Positions 38,878 through 51,725 of a stretch of 64,000 nucleotides of DNA are shown here, piece by piece (positions within the stretch are counted from its first letter, which is position 1; every line of letters starts with the position of its first letter). The translations under genes were made by a program, and so were the position numbers. The stretch comes from Octopus sinensis (taxonomy: Eukaryota). The DNA is taken from the NCBI RefSeq assembly GCF_006345805.1, contig NC_042998.1:182156001-182220000 (forward strand). Reading direction: 5' to 3'. The notes below the pieces were generated by a model. That model was not told the DNA's origin and ran no database searches. It saw only the letters and a program-made list of their open reading frames with translations.

Positions 38878-39032
38878 TTTATTTAAAGCAGCGGAAAATT
38901 CAACAAAACCTGTTACTCTGAGTTTCAACAGGTTTTGTTGAATTTTCCGCTGCTTTAAATAAAGCATATTACTCTACCACTGGTATTTGAGTACTCTTTT
39001 TTCCACCTTGTTTCACATTTATGCGTTTACTC
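38877..39032. mobile_element. Fold-back repeat P3 (collapsed copy)
   Basis: Perfect 38-bp inverted arms 38877-38914 and 38927-38964; flank is the reverse complement of about 63605-63720. Confidence 0.75.
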
Positions 39033-39035
39033 CGG

Positions 39036-39109
<74 letters not shown>

Positions 39110-39429
39110 TGTGTGTGTGTGTGTGTATAATATATGTGTGAGTGTATGTGTGTATATGAAGTTTGCTTCGATCCTACAAGCTCAAGAGACATGCACTTAA
39201 TTGGATATTCAAGGAGTTTAGGTGAGAGTACAGGATTTGCATGACGTCTATAAGCATGACAGTGCATACAAGGCCTCAACCCATGAATCAGGAGAAAAAA
39301 AAAACGAACAGTGAAAGTGAAATATCAGCTCATTGAGTGTGATTGGAGTGTCAATGACATTTTTAAAAATAAGAAATACTATAAACCGGAAGCGTAGTAG
39401 TAATTGTGAAGACAACCAAGATGCGTTTC

Positions 39430-39900
39430 ACAGGGCTACACTTGGAATCTCTGCCCATCCCAGTTAGTGTCGGCAGATCTTCAATTCCATTTTGGGTGTT
39501 TCTATCAATTAAATCAATGTACTTAAGTGGTCTTCATTCTCTATTAGGGTGCGGAACTGTCCAGAATATAACATTTGATGTGTCTTTTATCCACCACGAT
39601 AACAGATGCCAGAAAAACCTACCCTGCGTTTGAAATGTGGCCATAAATCTTATTTCGTCGTGTGCTCACATCTTGAAATACTTTGAGCCATCATGTCAAA
39701 TGTGGTATGCATAAAATCAGAGCTCTTTCTTCATAGTCCAGTTTTCGGTTCCATAGACAAAAAAACTGCTTGTTACATTTGTCATGACATCAGTAGAACG
39801 AGCGTATGTCTCTCTGACCTTCCAACGTTGTGCATCAATTGTGTAATGCGCAAGACTTGTTAATATCTCTTGAGAATCATACAGCTAATGTCGGTCTGTT
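39430..39900 (-). pseudogene. Old RTE-like LINE 3' fragment
   Basis: VYGTENWTMKK, FSGICYR, VIFW, KYID and EDL motifs across frameshifts; same pattern as 46628-47032. Confidence 0.5.
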
Positions 39901-40628
39901 TCTTAATACAAAGAATCCTGAATACGTAACCAAAGGAGAACAGTGACAAGTATATTGCATCCTATGTGGATGACAATAAGAAAGACTTCTTTGTATGCAA
40001 GTTATTAGCCTGCAGTACCCGTAACAAAACTTCAGGCAGCTGGTAATTAAGTACTTCAAAATAAAAAAAGACTCTTATTTACTAATGAAAGTGAGTGTCA
40101 GTTCTAAAGTCGTCTATTTTATAAAGTTAGCTGTGATCAGGATTCGAAGTTTGCATGACTTATGCAACCAGGAACTTAGAAATGTTCCACATTGCACTTT
40201 TATGCTCGATACGGTTTGACAACAACTGTCATAACTCCAGATAGGCTAGTTGGCAGAATTCAACTCACTGTATAGTAAAAAAAACCCCAAAAAACTTATA
40301 CATAAGAACATAACTGGTATTTTAACCTTTCTATAATGCATACATGTTTCAATAAACTGATTTCCGTTGGCCCTTTTACGCTAAACAGTCGATCACTTCC
40401 TCAGTATTATCAGCAGAAAAATATAATATAAAGTAGCATCTCGTTGTTATAGCAGGATAGAGGGTGAAGAAAGTGAGTGTAAAAATACACGAGAGAGTGA
40501 TAGAGAGAAGATAGGAAGGCTAGCAAGGCCATGCCTACCCTCGAAATGCTGGCAGCCAAACCGAAAAGATCCTAAAATATGTGTAAATTAAATTAAAAGA
40601 TAAAATACCAGTTACGTTGTGTTAATTA

Positions 40629-40668
<40 letters not shown>

Positions 40669-40675
40669 ATATATA

Positions 40676-40766
<91 letters not shown>

Positions 40767-40876
40767 GTATACAATTGAAAAATTGGATAAAACCTCTATG
40801 AGAATTTATCAAGTAGTTAGCGAGAAAAACCCCATAAGGAAAAAAAATCCATCAATTATTCCTCTTAAATATATTT

Positions 40877-41063
40877 ACTTATATTAAAGGCCTCACGCTA
40901 GGACGGACTCTTAAAGTCAAAACTACCATAATAAATAAACACATTGTATCGAGAGTTGCATTCCCTCGAGTTCGGTACAATGTGTTTATTTATTATGGTA
41001 GTTTTGACTTTAAGAGTCTCCCCTAGCGTGAGGCATTTATGTATAGTAATGCCCTTAATATAA

Positions 41064-41066
<3 letters not shown>
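40877..41066. mobile_element. Fold-back (near-palindromic) MITE-like element
   Basis: Arms 40890-40948 and 40976-41034 (38-bp perfect core); outer TACTTATATTAA.GGC inverted pair. Confidence 0.7.
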
Positions 41067-41099
<33 letters not shown>

Positions 41100-41106
<7 letters not shown>

Positions 41107-41495
41107 AAGCTGAAGTTGTCTGTGTGTTTCTGGCAGGTTTGGTAGTCTTCAACTAACACTATCTCCTCCAAGACCTTGCGGCGCAAGTTGACCAAAATTG
41201 AGAGTATGATAGAAAAAGGCTTGTTCTTCATTCCATAGGAGAAAAAAGTTCAAATCGGACCATGTTAAGACCAAAAATTATTTACATCAAAAATGTCCTT
41301 TTTTTCTATGAAAATCCCTATTTTTTAACGATTTTTTGACTGCTGTGTCGCCAATTTTCGGTGTATTTCAACCAGAAAAATGTTCACTTAAAGAGAATAA
41401 CAAGCTACATAATGCAAACTTTTACTTTTCGAAAATTCCAATTCAAAAGGGTCGAAAAGAAAACAAACCTGAGAAACGCCGGGCTATACTGCTAG
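41100..41495 (+). mobile_element. Non-autonomous Helitron, copy 1
   Basis: Matches 49410-49792; subterminal hairpin-like CC..CGCCGGG, CTAG end followed by T; 5' end hidden in (TA)n. Confidence 0.8.
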
Positions 41496-42399
41496 TATAT
41501 ATATAAGGCTCGATAAAGCAAATGACGAGCGTATACTCTTCTGAAATGTATGACCTTACAAGGCACACAAACAATTTCAATGTACTTATTATATCTTGTC
41601 TGACGTCAGAAATTACTAAATATCAAAAGGTGCACGACACATAAATAACAACATCGCACAACAAATGCAACTTCAAGTAAGGTCTTAGAAGGTTAGAAAA
41701 ATAGTTATAATTCAAATACGTGCCTACATTTTTGATATTTTCTACATGGATTTTGAGGATGTTAATGATCAAAGATTGTTAAGGAAACATCTGGTTCAGC
41801 AAATTTGATTAAAACGTGGGGAGGGCCAAGTTCTAGAAGAAAGAAATATAGCAGAAAAAAAAATGAAAATGTAACATTGAGCGCATATTGACCTTTGTAT
41901 GTCGTTACTGTCTGAATATCATACAATTCTTTGCTTGGGTCAACTAAATCAGTATTGTTGATAGAACCAAACCCTGGGTAGGAGAATATGGGTGGAAAAA
42001 TTGCTATATATAATATCAAGATGGTTTTGTCCAATACTATGCAGAATAATGAGTGATCATATATGAATGCAAACTCCATTTGTCATAAAGAATTATTGGG
42101 TCAAAAACTTCACTATTTTTGTAGCGGCTTATATTTGTCAGTTTGAAAACTACTGAGCTAAATACAAACTCATAAGCCACAGTTCATATCGTATTGAATA
42201 ACAAAATATATAAGTTTGTTGGTAAATAATTAGACGCATATATTCATTATTTTAGTTATAGTTTATTAATTATCGTGTCACTTAACCAAGTTAACTTTAT
42301 GAAATTTAATTATAGAAATCAGCAATAGCTGCAAGATATAAATGTGGGATTATTATAACTGCCAACTCCCAACTAGAAACACATCACTTAAATAAATAT

Positions 42400-42632
42400 A
42401 TATTTCTTTACTACTCACAAGGGGCTAAACATAGAGGGGACAAACAAGGACAGACACAGAGATTGAGTCGATTATATCGACCCCAGTGCGTAACTGGTAC
42501 TTAATTTATAGACCCCGAAAGGATGAAAGGCAAAGTCGACCTCGGCGGAATTTGAACTCGGAACGTAACGACAGACGAAATACGGCTACGCATTTCGCCC
42601 GGCGTGCTAACGTTTCTGCCAGCTCGCCGCCT
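42400..42632 (-). mobile_element. SINE family B
   Basis: Family match; about 10-bp TSD ACTTAAATAA. Confidence 0.88.
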
Positions 42633-43089
42633 GACTTAAATAATATATTTATGAATGCTCTATAACTTTCAGCAAGTATTTTAATTGCTGCCTGTAGTCC
42701 GAAAGAATGATTAATTTAGAAGGAAAAAAAAGTAAAAACTTCAAAATTATATTATATCTATGCCGGAAAATTATATCAGAATTACTTAGATATTGATATT
42801 AATTTACTTAGAATTAAATTGAATGTATTGGCAGCAAGCGAAGAAAGGCAATTCATCGATATTATATTAGAAAGGAAAAATCAATGTAATATTAATATGG
42901 AAAATATGATAAATTCAATCAGGGTTATATTAATATTAATAATATCGAGAAAAGTTTCCCCGAACAATGCATGTCGAGTAAATAATAGTATAATTTAGTG
43001 GTTATATAATAAAGACAAGAAAGAGTGTATAACATGGAGAGAAATGGGAAAAAATATTTCAGAAAGATGTTGATGAATAAGGGCTTATT

Positions 43090-43600
43090 ATAAATCTTTG
43101 CATCCATTTTCCCCAGAAGGTTTTAAGAATTCCAAGTTTCATTTTTGTTTTGGAAGCTGTTGCAGACTCTCTTTACTCTTTTTATGAGGTTTAAAATGTC
43201 AGCTTCGAATGATTCCGTGTTCGTGTTAGTTGGTACATTCTAATGCATTCTGGAAGCGAATTTCTCATTTGTATTGCTACAAGACGTCCCTTTGCCATAA
43301 AAATACGTCCAGCATTCTGATTTTCTTATGAAGTCTTTCGTATTTCCTATCAAGTATTTCGTGTATTTCTTTATTTCTTGAGTAGAAAAAATTAACTGAC
43401 CATCTCCGTTTCAGCCGCTATTAATTCTTCCGTATATAGTGCTCTACTTTTCGAAGAGAAATGATATGTTTGTATGATATAGCACAAAGAATTATACAAA
43501 CAAGAAGGAAAGAGACTACTCAATAAGGAATGCAGATTTTTATCATATTTAATGGAAGCTGAACCCTTAGTTAACCTTTGCTTCAAGACTCGTGTTTCCA
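43090..43600 (-). pseudogene. Possible decayed Penelope-like RT fragment
   Basis: KYLIGNTKDFIRK..NVPTN resembles PLE RT YxKDTxDFLxK..LYTNIP; many stops. Confidence 0.35.
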
Positions 43601-44550
43601 ACTCTTGAATGATAGTAGAGATTAGAGCAAGTATATGTAAAATATTTATAATTTTTCGTAGGGAAAACTAACGAAAAAATCCTTCTTAGGAAAAGTGCGC
43701 AAAAAAAAAAAATCCCTAAAAATAAGGGAATGTTCTTTCAGAAGCGTGTTCAGAACGATGTACGAATTTGATGGGCTTTGATTGGATACTAAAATAGTGT
43801 GCAATTTTCTTGTATTTTGCGTGCCGAGATGAATATATTGGATAGATGGAAATGGGTGGCGAGTTGTGTATGTGTATGTTATTATTGCTTTATAATGAGA
43901 GGACATAGAAATTTATATTATGTTGGAAATATTTTATGAAACCGTTTTTATTGGGTAAATAGTTTCTGAGGAGAAATCATGCGACCTTGTGTTTATCTGA
44001 TAACATCGTCGATGTCATATTTATAACAAAGAAGATGAAGAAAATCAATCATATATTAATACTGAAAATATCAAAGAATATTATAGTTAATACGAAGCAT
44101 TTTAAAATAGTTTGATAGTGTTTAAAAAAGCCATCACAATGCAAGTTTGGAAATAAAGTGTAACCAGTCAAAGCCAAGGAAGTCAGTAATAGCGTTTTAT
44201 ATTTATATTTTGTATTCCGATATTTTAGATTTAAATATTTCTTATCAAGAAAATGGGGGATGATCTTGCCCCATTTGCACAGATCGGTATCACTAATCTG
44301 TTATTTTGAAAACGCTAACGTAGGGAGGGATTGTGGCATGTACGAGTCGGTAGTGAAAAATCAACCAATCAAAGTAGCTCAAGTCATGTCTATTGCTAAC
44401 AGCTGACATAATTTGAGCTACACCGGAGGGAGAATGTTGTGAAATGATTTCATGGAGAACGTTCATCGTGTGAATAGCTATTTCTATATCAACCCTTTAC
44501 ATAGCAAAAATAACTTACATACGAAGTGAGAAGGGGTAGGAACAATGCTC

Positions 44551-44957
44551 AGATCTTTTCGGTTTGAACGACAGTTTTTAACATAATTTCTAGGTAACTA
44601 AATAATTACTTCGTATACTAGTAGAATGTGTTTATAAAACATCTTTTTCTCTTGGCTTTATTGAGAAAATTCTATAGTGTGTAAAATATTTGGTATTTAA
44701 TTTCTTGCATTTCGGCTATTTCAACCAATTAATGACCGTCTATTGAGGTGAAAACATTCTGAGCCGTAAGAATATGTCCCTCGTTTAAGAAACAGATTGG
44801 GTTTATTTACATTTGTGAAGAAAAAAAGATACCCTTCTCTCCACCCCTAACCCTAACACAGATTGAAATGCAATAGATCGATACTAGGGTCATAAGTATG
44901 GGTGACAATTTCATATGACACCGCTAGAAAAAACTGCCGTTCAAACCGAAAAGATCC
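44551..44957. mobile_element. MITE M, copy 5
   Basis: TIRs; TSD CAATGCTC/CAATTCTC. Confidence 0.9.
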
Positions 44958-45619
44958 CAATTCTCCTCGTCTAGTATGTTCGCCAAGTTATGCCAGACAG
45001 GAAAATAACATTTTTCTTGAATGCCCAATCAAAGCCCTGAATCGAATCCAAAACTTCTTTCTGAACATTCTTCCATAAATTTTCTCTAGTGCTTTTTCTT
45101 TTAGGTTTTCCATTTTTACTTTTGTTTTTTATGCATAATTTACACGTGAGGGATATTCATGTATTTTATTTTTAAATTTAAAACTAATATTAACTGATTT
45201 TTCTTGGTCCACAACAGTTTGAAGATAGAAATCGTGAAGTTGAATTCACTGCTTGTGACGTTTTCAACTTTTGACGAAAATCTTACATTTAACTTTCTTT
45301 TCTCTTCCTGTTTCGCAAAGTTCTTTGTGCAATAGTATATGACGCATGCATAATATAATATAATATAATGATATAATATAATATATATAAAATAATTGTA
45401 TTATAATACACACACAGTGAATTCTAAGGCAGAAATCTACGAAAACTAATGAGGCCAAACTGAATAAAAAACAGTTTAAGACTGTTAAATATATTAAATA
45501 TATTATTCTGCTGGAGCACATAATGTTTCTGCAAACTGGCCGACTTAATAAAAAGTATAAGATACTGTTGAACTGCCGTCTCACTCTGTCCCATCAATCG
45601 ATTTTACAATAAACCTTAA

Positions 45620-46255
45620 AGGTGGCCAGCTGGCAGATTCGTTAACACGCCGGACAAAATGCTTTACTGCATTTCGTCCGTCATTACGTTCTGAGTTCAA
45701 ATACAACCGAGGTCGGATCTTTTCGGTTTGAACGGCAGTTTTTAACATAATTTCTAGGTAACTAAAAAATTTTAAACTTCGTATACTGGTAGAATGTGTT
45801 TATAAGACATCTTTTTCTCTTGGCTTTATTGAGAAAATTCTATGGTTTGTAAGATACTTGTTGTTTTTTCTTCAATTTCTGCAATTTCAATCAATCAATG
45901 ACGTCCATTGAGGTAAAAAACATTCTGTGCCGTATGAATATGTCCCTCGTTTAAGAAACAGATTGGGTTTATTTACATTTGTGAAGAAAAAAACATACCC
46001 TCCCCCACCCCTAACCCTAACCCTAAAACAGATTGAAATGCAATAGATCGATACTAGGGTCATAATTATGGGTGACAATTTCATATAACACCGCTAGAAA
46101 AAACTGCCGTTCAAACCGAAAAGATCCCCGAGGTCGACTTTGTCTTTCATCCTTTCTGAGTCGATAAAATAAGTACCAGCTGAACACTGGGGTTGATGTA
46201 ATCGACTTTCTCCCGTCCTTGAAATTGCTGACCATGTGCCAAAATTTGAAACAGA
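45620..46255 (+). mobile_element. SINE family B' interrupted by MITE M
   Basis: SINE halves at 45620-45714 and 46128-46255 join across the MITE. Confidence 0.88.
45715..46127. mobile_element. MITE M, copy 6 (nested)
   Basis: TIRs; perfect TSD CCGAGGTC. Confidence 0.95.
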
Positions 46256-46627
46256 TACTACAACAATCTTTGTTTCTCTGAACTGTTTCTTCTGTAGTAA
46301 CTTCTTATCTACCAACTATCTCTCTGTGGGTTATCTTTATTTAATTTTCTACTTCTAGACCAGGAGAGAACCTCCTCGCGGTCATTTGACCTACTAACAA
46401 TAACAATCAAATTCCTTCAAATCACACCCTCTCATCTAAAAACAGGAAGGACGCACTAGACAATATTCATATAAATATAGAAAAGTGGTTGGAGGGTCAA
46501 GGCCGGAATATATTTGAATATATTAAATATATTTGTGAGCTTGGTCAGGGTAGTCTTGTCGTTAAATATGAACGATAAGAACAGCAACATTTACATCATC
46601 CTTATCAAAGTAATTACAATGCTTAGA

Positions 46628-47032
46628 GAGAAAACCTGGACGTTATCAAAGAAGCTTGAGAGGCGGTTGAATGGAACTTACACTCGCCTCCTTATGAGAG
46701 CTCAAAATCTCTCGTGGAAGCGTCATCCAACCAAAATGCAAATATATGGAAAACTACCACCTGTGTCATCTCTTGTGAAAGGTAGGAGAGTCCAGTTTGC
46801 TGGACATTGTTGTAGAGCTGAAAAAGAAGTAATTTCTACTCTTCTCCTCTGGAAGCCATCTACTCGCAATACCAGAGGGCGCACACTCTCCTACCCTGAT
46901 GTAATCTCCAGGGATACAGGCATCCAGCAACAGGACCTCCGTAATGCCATGATGGACCGTGAAGTCTGGCGTAGCATGGTAAATTCCATTGTCTCGACCA
47001 CGGTCGAACAATGATGATGATGAGAGAGAAAA
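46628..47032 (+). pseudogene. 5'-truncated RTE-type LINE 3' end, frame intact
   Basis: WTLSKKLERRLNGTYTRLL..FAGHC..MMDREVWR to a stop, followed by a (TGA)n tail. Confidence 0.85.
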
Positions 47033-47154
47033 AGTGCTGCCAGAAATGCTAGGCTCTTCAACTTCCTCGCGACAAACCAAATCAGCAAACTCATAACCAA
47101 TGAAATATTTAGGTTACCCCTAAGCATTTCATTTGTTATACGTCTGTTAAACAT

Positions 47155-47385
47155 ACGGCGAGCTGGCAGAAACGTTAGCACGCCGGGCGAAATGTTTAGC
47201 AGTATTTCGTCTGTCGCTAAGTTCCGAGTTCAAATTCCGCCGAGGTCGACTTTGCCCTTCATCCTTGCAGGGTCGATAAATTAAGGACCAGTTACGCACT
47301 GGGGTCGATATAATCGACTTAATCCATTTGTCTGTCCTTGTTTGTCCTCTCTGTGTTTAGCCCCTTGTGAGTAGTAAAGAAATAG
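47155..47385 (+). mobile_element. SINE family B
   Basis: Family match. Confidence 0.88.
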
Positions 47386-49409
47386 ATGTTAGTCAGAAGG
47401 AAAGGACTGTGCCTTTGATTTTGACCGACCTTTTTCGAGAATCGTCCGGTCGATGCGGCTCATGTCCAGTTTAAAGACCTATCAGTCAGCGACTGTAGGG
47501 ATAACGTGGGCAGGAACAAAAAGAGCAGAAGGTTGACTTCTGGAAGGGAAGAATTAGGTAGAAGGGGTAGCGCGTGACATTGATGGGAATGGGTGGCTAT
47601 TGTTGTTGTTAAGACGGGTAAGGGTGATTAGGTGATGGGCTAGGGCTTAGGGGCGGGAGACCCCAGACCTTGGAAAAAAAAACTTTGGTTGTCTTATTGT
47701 AGTCGATGCCCGCCACCACTGGGAGGTGGCCCTCGAAGTCGCTGGAAATGGAGATCTCCAGGTCCAAATTCTTGAACGGCGGAATGGGTGGCTGGAGAAG
47801 CTGGTGTGCCAATTAGGATTAGGAAGATGTAGAAACTGAGTTCATAGGGCTTCAAAATAATAAGTTATCTAAGGTTTTGTACTTTCCATTAAACATCGTT
47901 ATTTAAGTAATTAAAGAAAAATAATTGTTTCTAATTTAAAGGAGAGAGCATTTGTAAAATCGACTCTAGTATTTTATTAACATTTTACTTTATCGACATC
48001 AGAGGGCTGAAAGGCAAAATCGATCTTGGTAGAATTCGAACTCACAACGAAAGAAATATCGCAAGGGATTTTTCGGACGTTCTAAACATTCTGGTAGCTT
48101 ACAAGCTATAAAGAAGAAGCAAATGAAATAAGTAGAATCGACTATCAATTCCTCCTAATTAATCGTAATGTGTAGCACATATCAATAGTTTGTTAATCCT
48201 ATTGAATTCAAAAACTTAGAAAGTTGGTATACTTTTTCCTGGCAGTATTAGAATCGGAAATCAGAAAGAGTAAGCTCAGCTGTAAATTGAAACCACATCC
48301 ACATGCTTACATATACTCTATGGTGAACCAAGAACTTATCTATTTTTGTTATTCAAGAGACACATTTAGCATTAACTGATAAAACTTGAGGAAAATGTAA
48401 CGGACCATCCTGTTAATTCAACTAAACAAATGCTGAACTGTTTTCGTGTTTTTATAAATGTTTCTAATATGCTGGTCACCTTCCTTTCAATTTCCATCTT
48501 GAGATGTTTTACAGACTATTTTGTTTTATTCGTAATGATATATAGTGACATTCTGTTACGACCTAGACATAACATCTTAATGTTTCACTAAGCGTATTAC
48601 ACATTCATCTTGCAGCAATTAACATATGGTGTAAAAACAAAATAAGAAATACAAAATAAATAACATAAGCGGTAGATAAATAGTCAACAGATGTTTATCT
48701 ACAAATGCTGGTAACCTCTGTTACACGACTATTGTTTTTGAATAACGATTCCTTGAAATTCCATACTAAAAAGTGCTGATAAAATAATAAATAAAAGGAA
48801 AAAATTCTTAGTCATCGTTTAAACTTCTGTTAACGTAATTTAATTAAAACTAAATCTATTCGTAAGGAGGCAAGATGGCTGTGTGTTTAAACATTTATAC
48901 ATACAAGTTGCATCCTGGATTAAAACCTTAATTGAATGCTGATTAATGTAATTTTGGACAAATAGTTAAAAATTTTTCTTTTTTTACTTGTCTGTCTACA
49001 GTGTTGAAGTCAGAAGTAGTTACTAAAGAATTAGAATGTCACGAAAACTGTTTGATTGATGACATATCACTTTCAAGAAGAGCGCTCACATATGTTTACT
49101 GAAGAGCTGTTGTAGCTGTGTCGACATTTTTCTTTTCAAAAATGTTAACATTAAAACAGAACGGAACATATTAATGCAAAAAATCCACTGAGATAAGTTA
49201 CATTGAGAAAGGTATGAACACCACGTAATCACATTCTCTTACCACTATAAATCTCAGAGCCAACAAAATCCACCATGATGGCGACCTGCTTGAATTCACA
49301 ACCAGATCTCCTCCAGATCACGTTCCATATTTTTTTACAAAGGATAGAACACATTAGATAATGTAATCTTAAATGCACTCATAAAGACTGGATGGTCAAA
49401 ACTAGAATA

Positions 49410-49792
49410 TCTATATATATAAAGCTGAAGTTGTCTGTGTATGGCAGGTTTGGTAGCCTTCAACTAACACTATCTCCTCCGAGACCCTGCAGCGCAAGTT
49501 GACCAAAATTGAGAGTACGATAGAAAAAGGCTTGCTCTTCCTTCCGTAGAAGAAAAAATTCAAATCGGACCATGATAACACAAAAATTATTTACATCAAA
49601 AAGGTACTTTTTTTTCTATGAAAATCCCTATTTTTTACGATTTTTTTACTGCTGTGTCGCCATTTTTCGGTGTATTTCAACAAGAAAAATGTTCGTTTAA
49701 AGAGAATAACATAATGCAAAATTTTTACTTTTCAAAAATTCCAATTCTAAAGGGTCTAAATAAACCCGAGCAACGCCGGGCGATACTGCTAG
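49410..49792 (+). mobile_element. Non-autonomous Helitron, copy 2
   Basis: A|TC start, CCCGAGCAACGCCGGG hairpin, CTAG|T end, no TSD. Confidence 0.88.
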
Positions 49793-50874
49793 TAACTGTA
49801 AACTTAAAACCCTGTATTTATATATATATATTTATGTATGTTTATGAGTGACTGTAAATCTTAATTGATTGAAATTGTAGTTAATCGTAACAGTGGTAAA
49901 AGCAGAAATAGTAGCTGGAGATACATCAGTAGTATAAACGCAACGGCAGCAGTTGAACGGGAAATTCTCACACAGCAATGGTACGAATAGATGAGAATAG
50001 TTGCAACATTCATTCTTCTCGGTGTAAAATAGGTGCCATGAAGTGGTGTTGTGAACAGTTGAAGCGTTCTGGGAAAGTATTTGCAATAACAATAACAATT
50101 AAATATTCAAATGGTTTTACAAATTCCACCATATCCTATATAATACACACTCACGCACGCATGTTCTGCTGTTTCTTGTCTCTCTTTCCATGAAGTCAGA
50201 TACATATCTATGCCTTGAAGCTCATCTCTGAACACCAACATTAGTTTGTATAATGTATTATCTTGTAATTAGCATACTCATTCCTGGTGTGAATATAGAT
50301 TACTATAATATTGTAATGGGGTAAAAACGAGGACACGCTATCTTGATTCCTTGTTATCTTCTCCAGGAAAGTATGACGCTTTAAATTTAAAGAAAAGAAC
50401 CGGAAAGTGTGACACAAGGGCCCAAACTGAAGTATATGAATGACATTAATGAATATAGCTGGCTTTGAAACTGTAAAAGAATCTAGGATACTGATAGTTC
50501 CTCTATTATTTATTAAACTATTGTGTAACGCTGGGGCGATTATCTACAAGGCAGAAGTTTAAACATCGTGCATAAATACTACATATGTATGGTGGAAACT
50601 AAATGTAAACATCAGGGCTTCAGTCATGGAGTTTACTGTTTCCTTCAAAAGAATAGAAAAATAAAGCAAGAAACATTCCAGTTCTCAACACAGTGATGTA
50701 TTTGTCATCAAGTAGACCATTGAGCGATGGAAAACATGCCAAAATGATACAAAAGATTGCAGGTTATGCTCTGACCTCATAAACTTAAAATTTGCAAAGT
50801 ATCTAAATATCAGAATAGAAATCTTTAGCAAATTTTGCTACATTAATAAATACTAAAATACGTTACATTATATT

Positions 50875-51078
50875 AGTTTCAAATTTTGGCAAATTTGGGG
50901 CAGGGAGTAAGTCATTTACATCAATGCCAGTGCTCAACTGGTATTTATTTCATCGACCCCGAAATGATGAAAGATAAAGTCGACCTCAGCGGAACTTGAA
51001 CTCAGAACGTAAAGACGGACGAAATGCAGCTAAGCATTTTTACCCAGCTTGCTAACGATTCTGCCAGTTCGCTGCCTT
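50875..51078 (-). mobile_element. SINE family B'
   Basis: Family match. Confidence 0.78.
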
Positions 51079-51354
51079 AAATACACAACAATATTACTAG
51101 GTGATCGAAGAGATTAGTATTTAAGTATTTAACTCTCTGTTTCTGCTTGCCTAATCTGCAACAGTGTTTCAGACAAAGCGCCCTTGTCTAGCATCACTGG
51201 GCACCATCTTCAAGGGTTTAACCCACCTTGTCACCTCGCCCCAAATTTTATCAGCCTCATATTGGTTTTATTGAATTATATTTGTCGAGCCACTAACTTA
51301 AGAGACTTAGTTGTATTAACATTAATTACAATCGTTAATTACATTAATACAGGT

Positions 51355-51632
51355 ACGGGTAAAGACCGCTTCGGTCATGAATGACCACGGGATTGCAGCT
51401 AGAAAGTTCCCCTTCGAGGCACAAGTCAGGACAGGGTTGCTTGTGGAAGACCAGTAGTCACCCATGCATACCAGCTTCTCTTCTACACGCCACCGATGTT
51501 GTTCAAGGGAAAAGCAAAGGCGTGAAATAAAGTGTCTTTCTCAAGAACACAATACACAGCCCGGTCCAAGAATCGAACTTACTACCTCATGATTGTGAGC
51601 CCGACGCTCTAACCACTGAGACATGCGCCTAC
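51355..51632 (-). mobile_element. SINE family D (internal deletion)
   Basis: Reverse complement matches 8680-9005 but lacks a central block. Confidence 0.8.
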
Positions 51633-51725
51633 AGGTACGAACATTGACATACATACATGTATGCATGCATACATACATACATACATACATACATACATAC
51701 ATACATACATACATACTTACATACA

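Noticed and set aside
40558-40572. Lone AAACCGAAAAGATCC (MITE M end)
   Set aside because: No partner TIR, TSD or internal sequence; a remnant or chance match.
46514-46627. N-terminal part of the 166-aa ORF
   Set aside because: AT-rich flank fortuitously in frame with the truncated RTE fragment.
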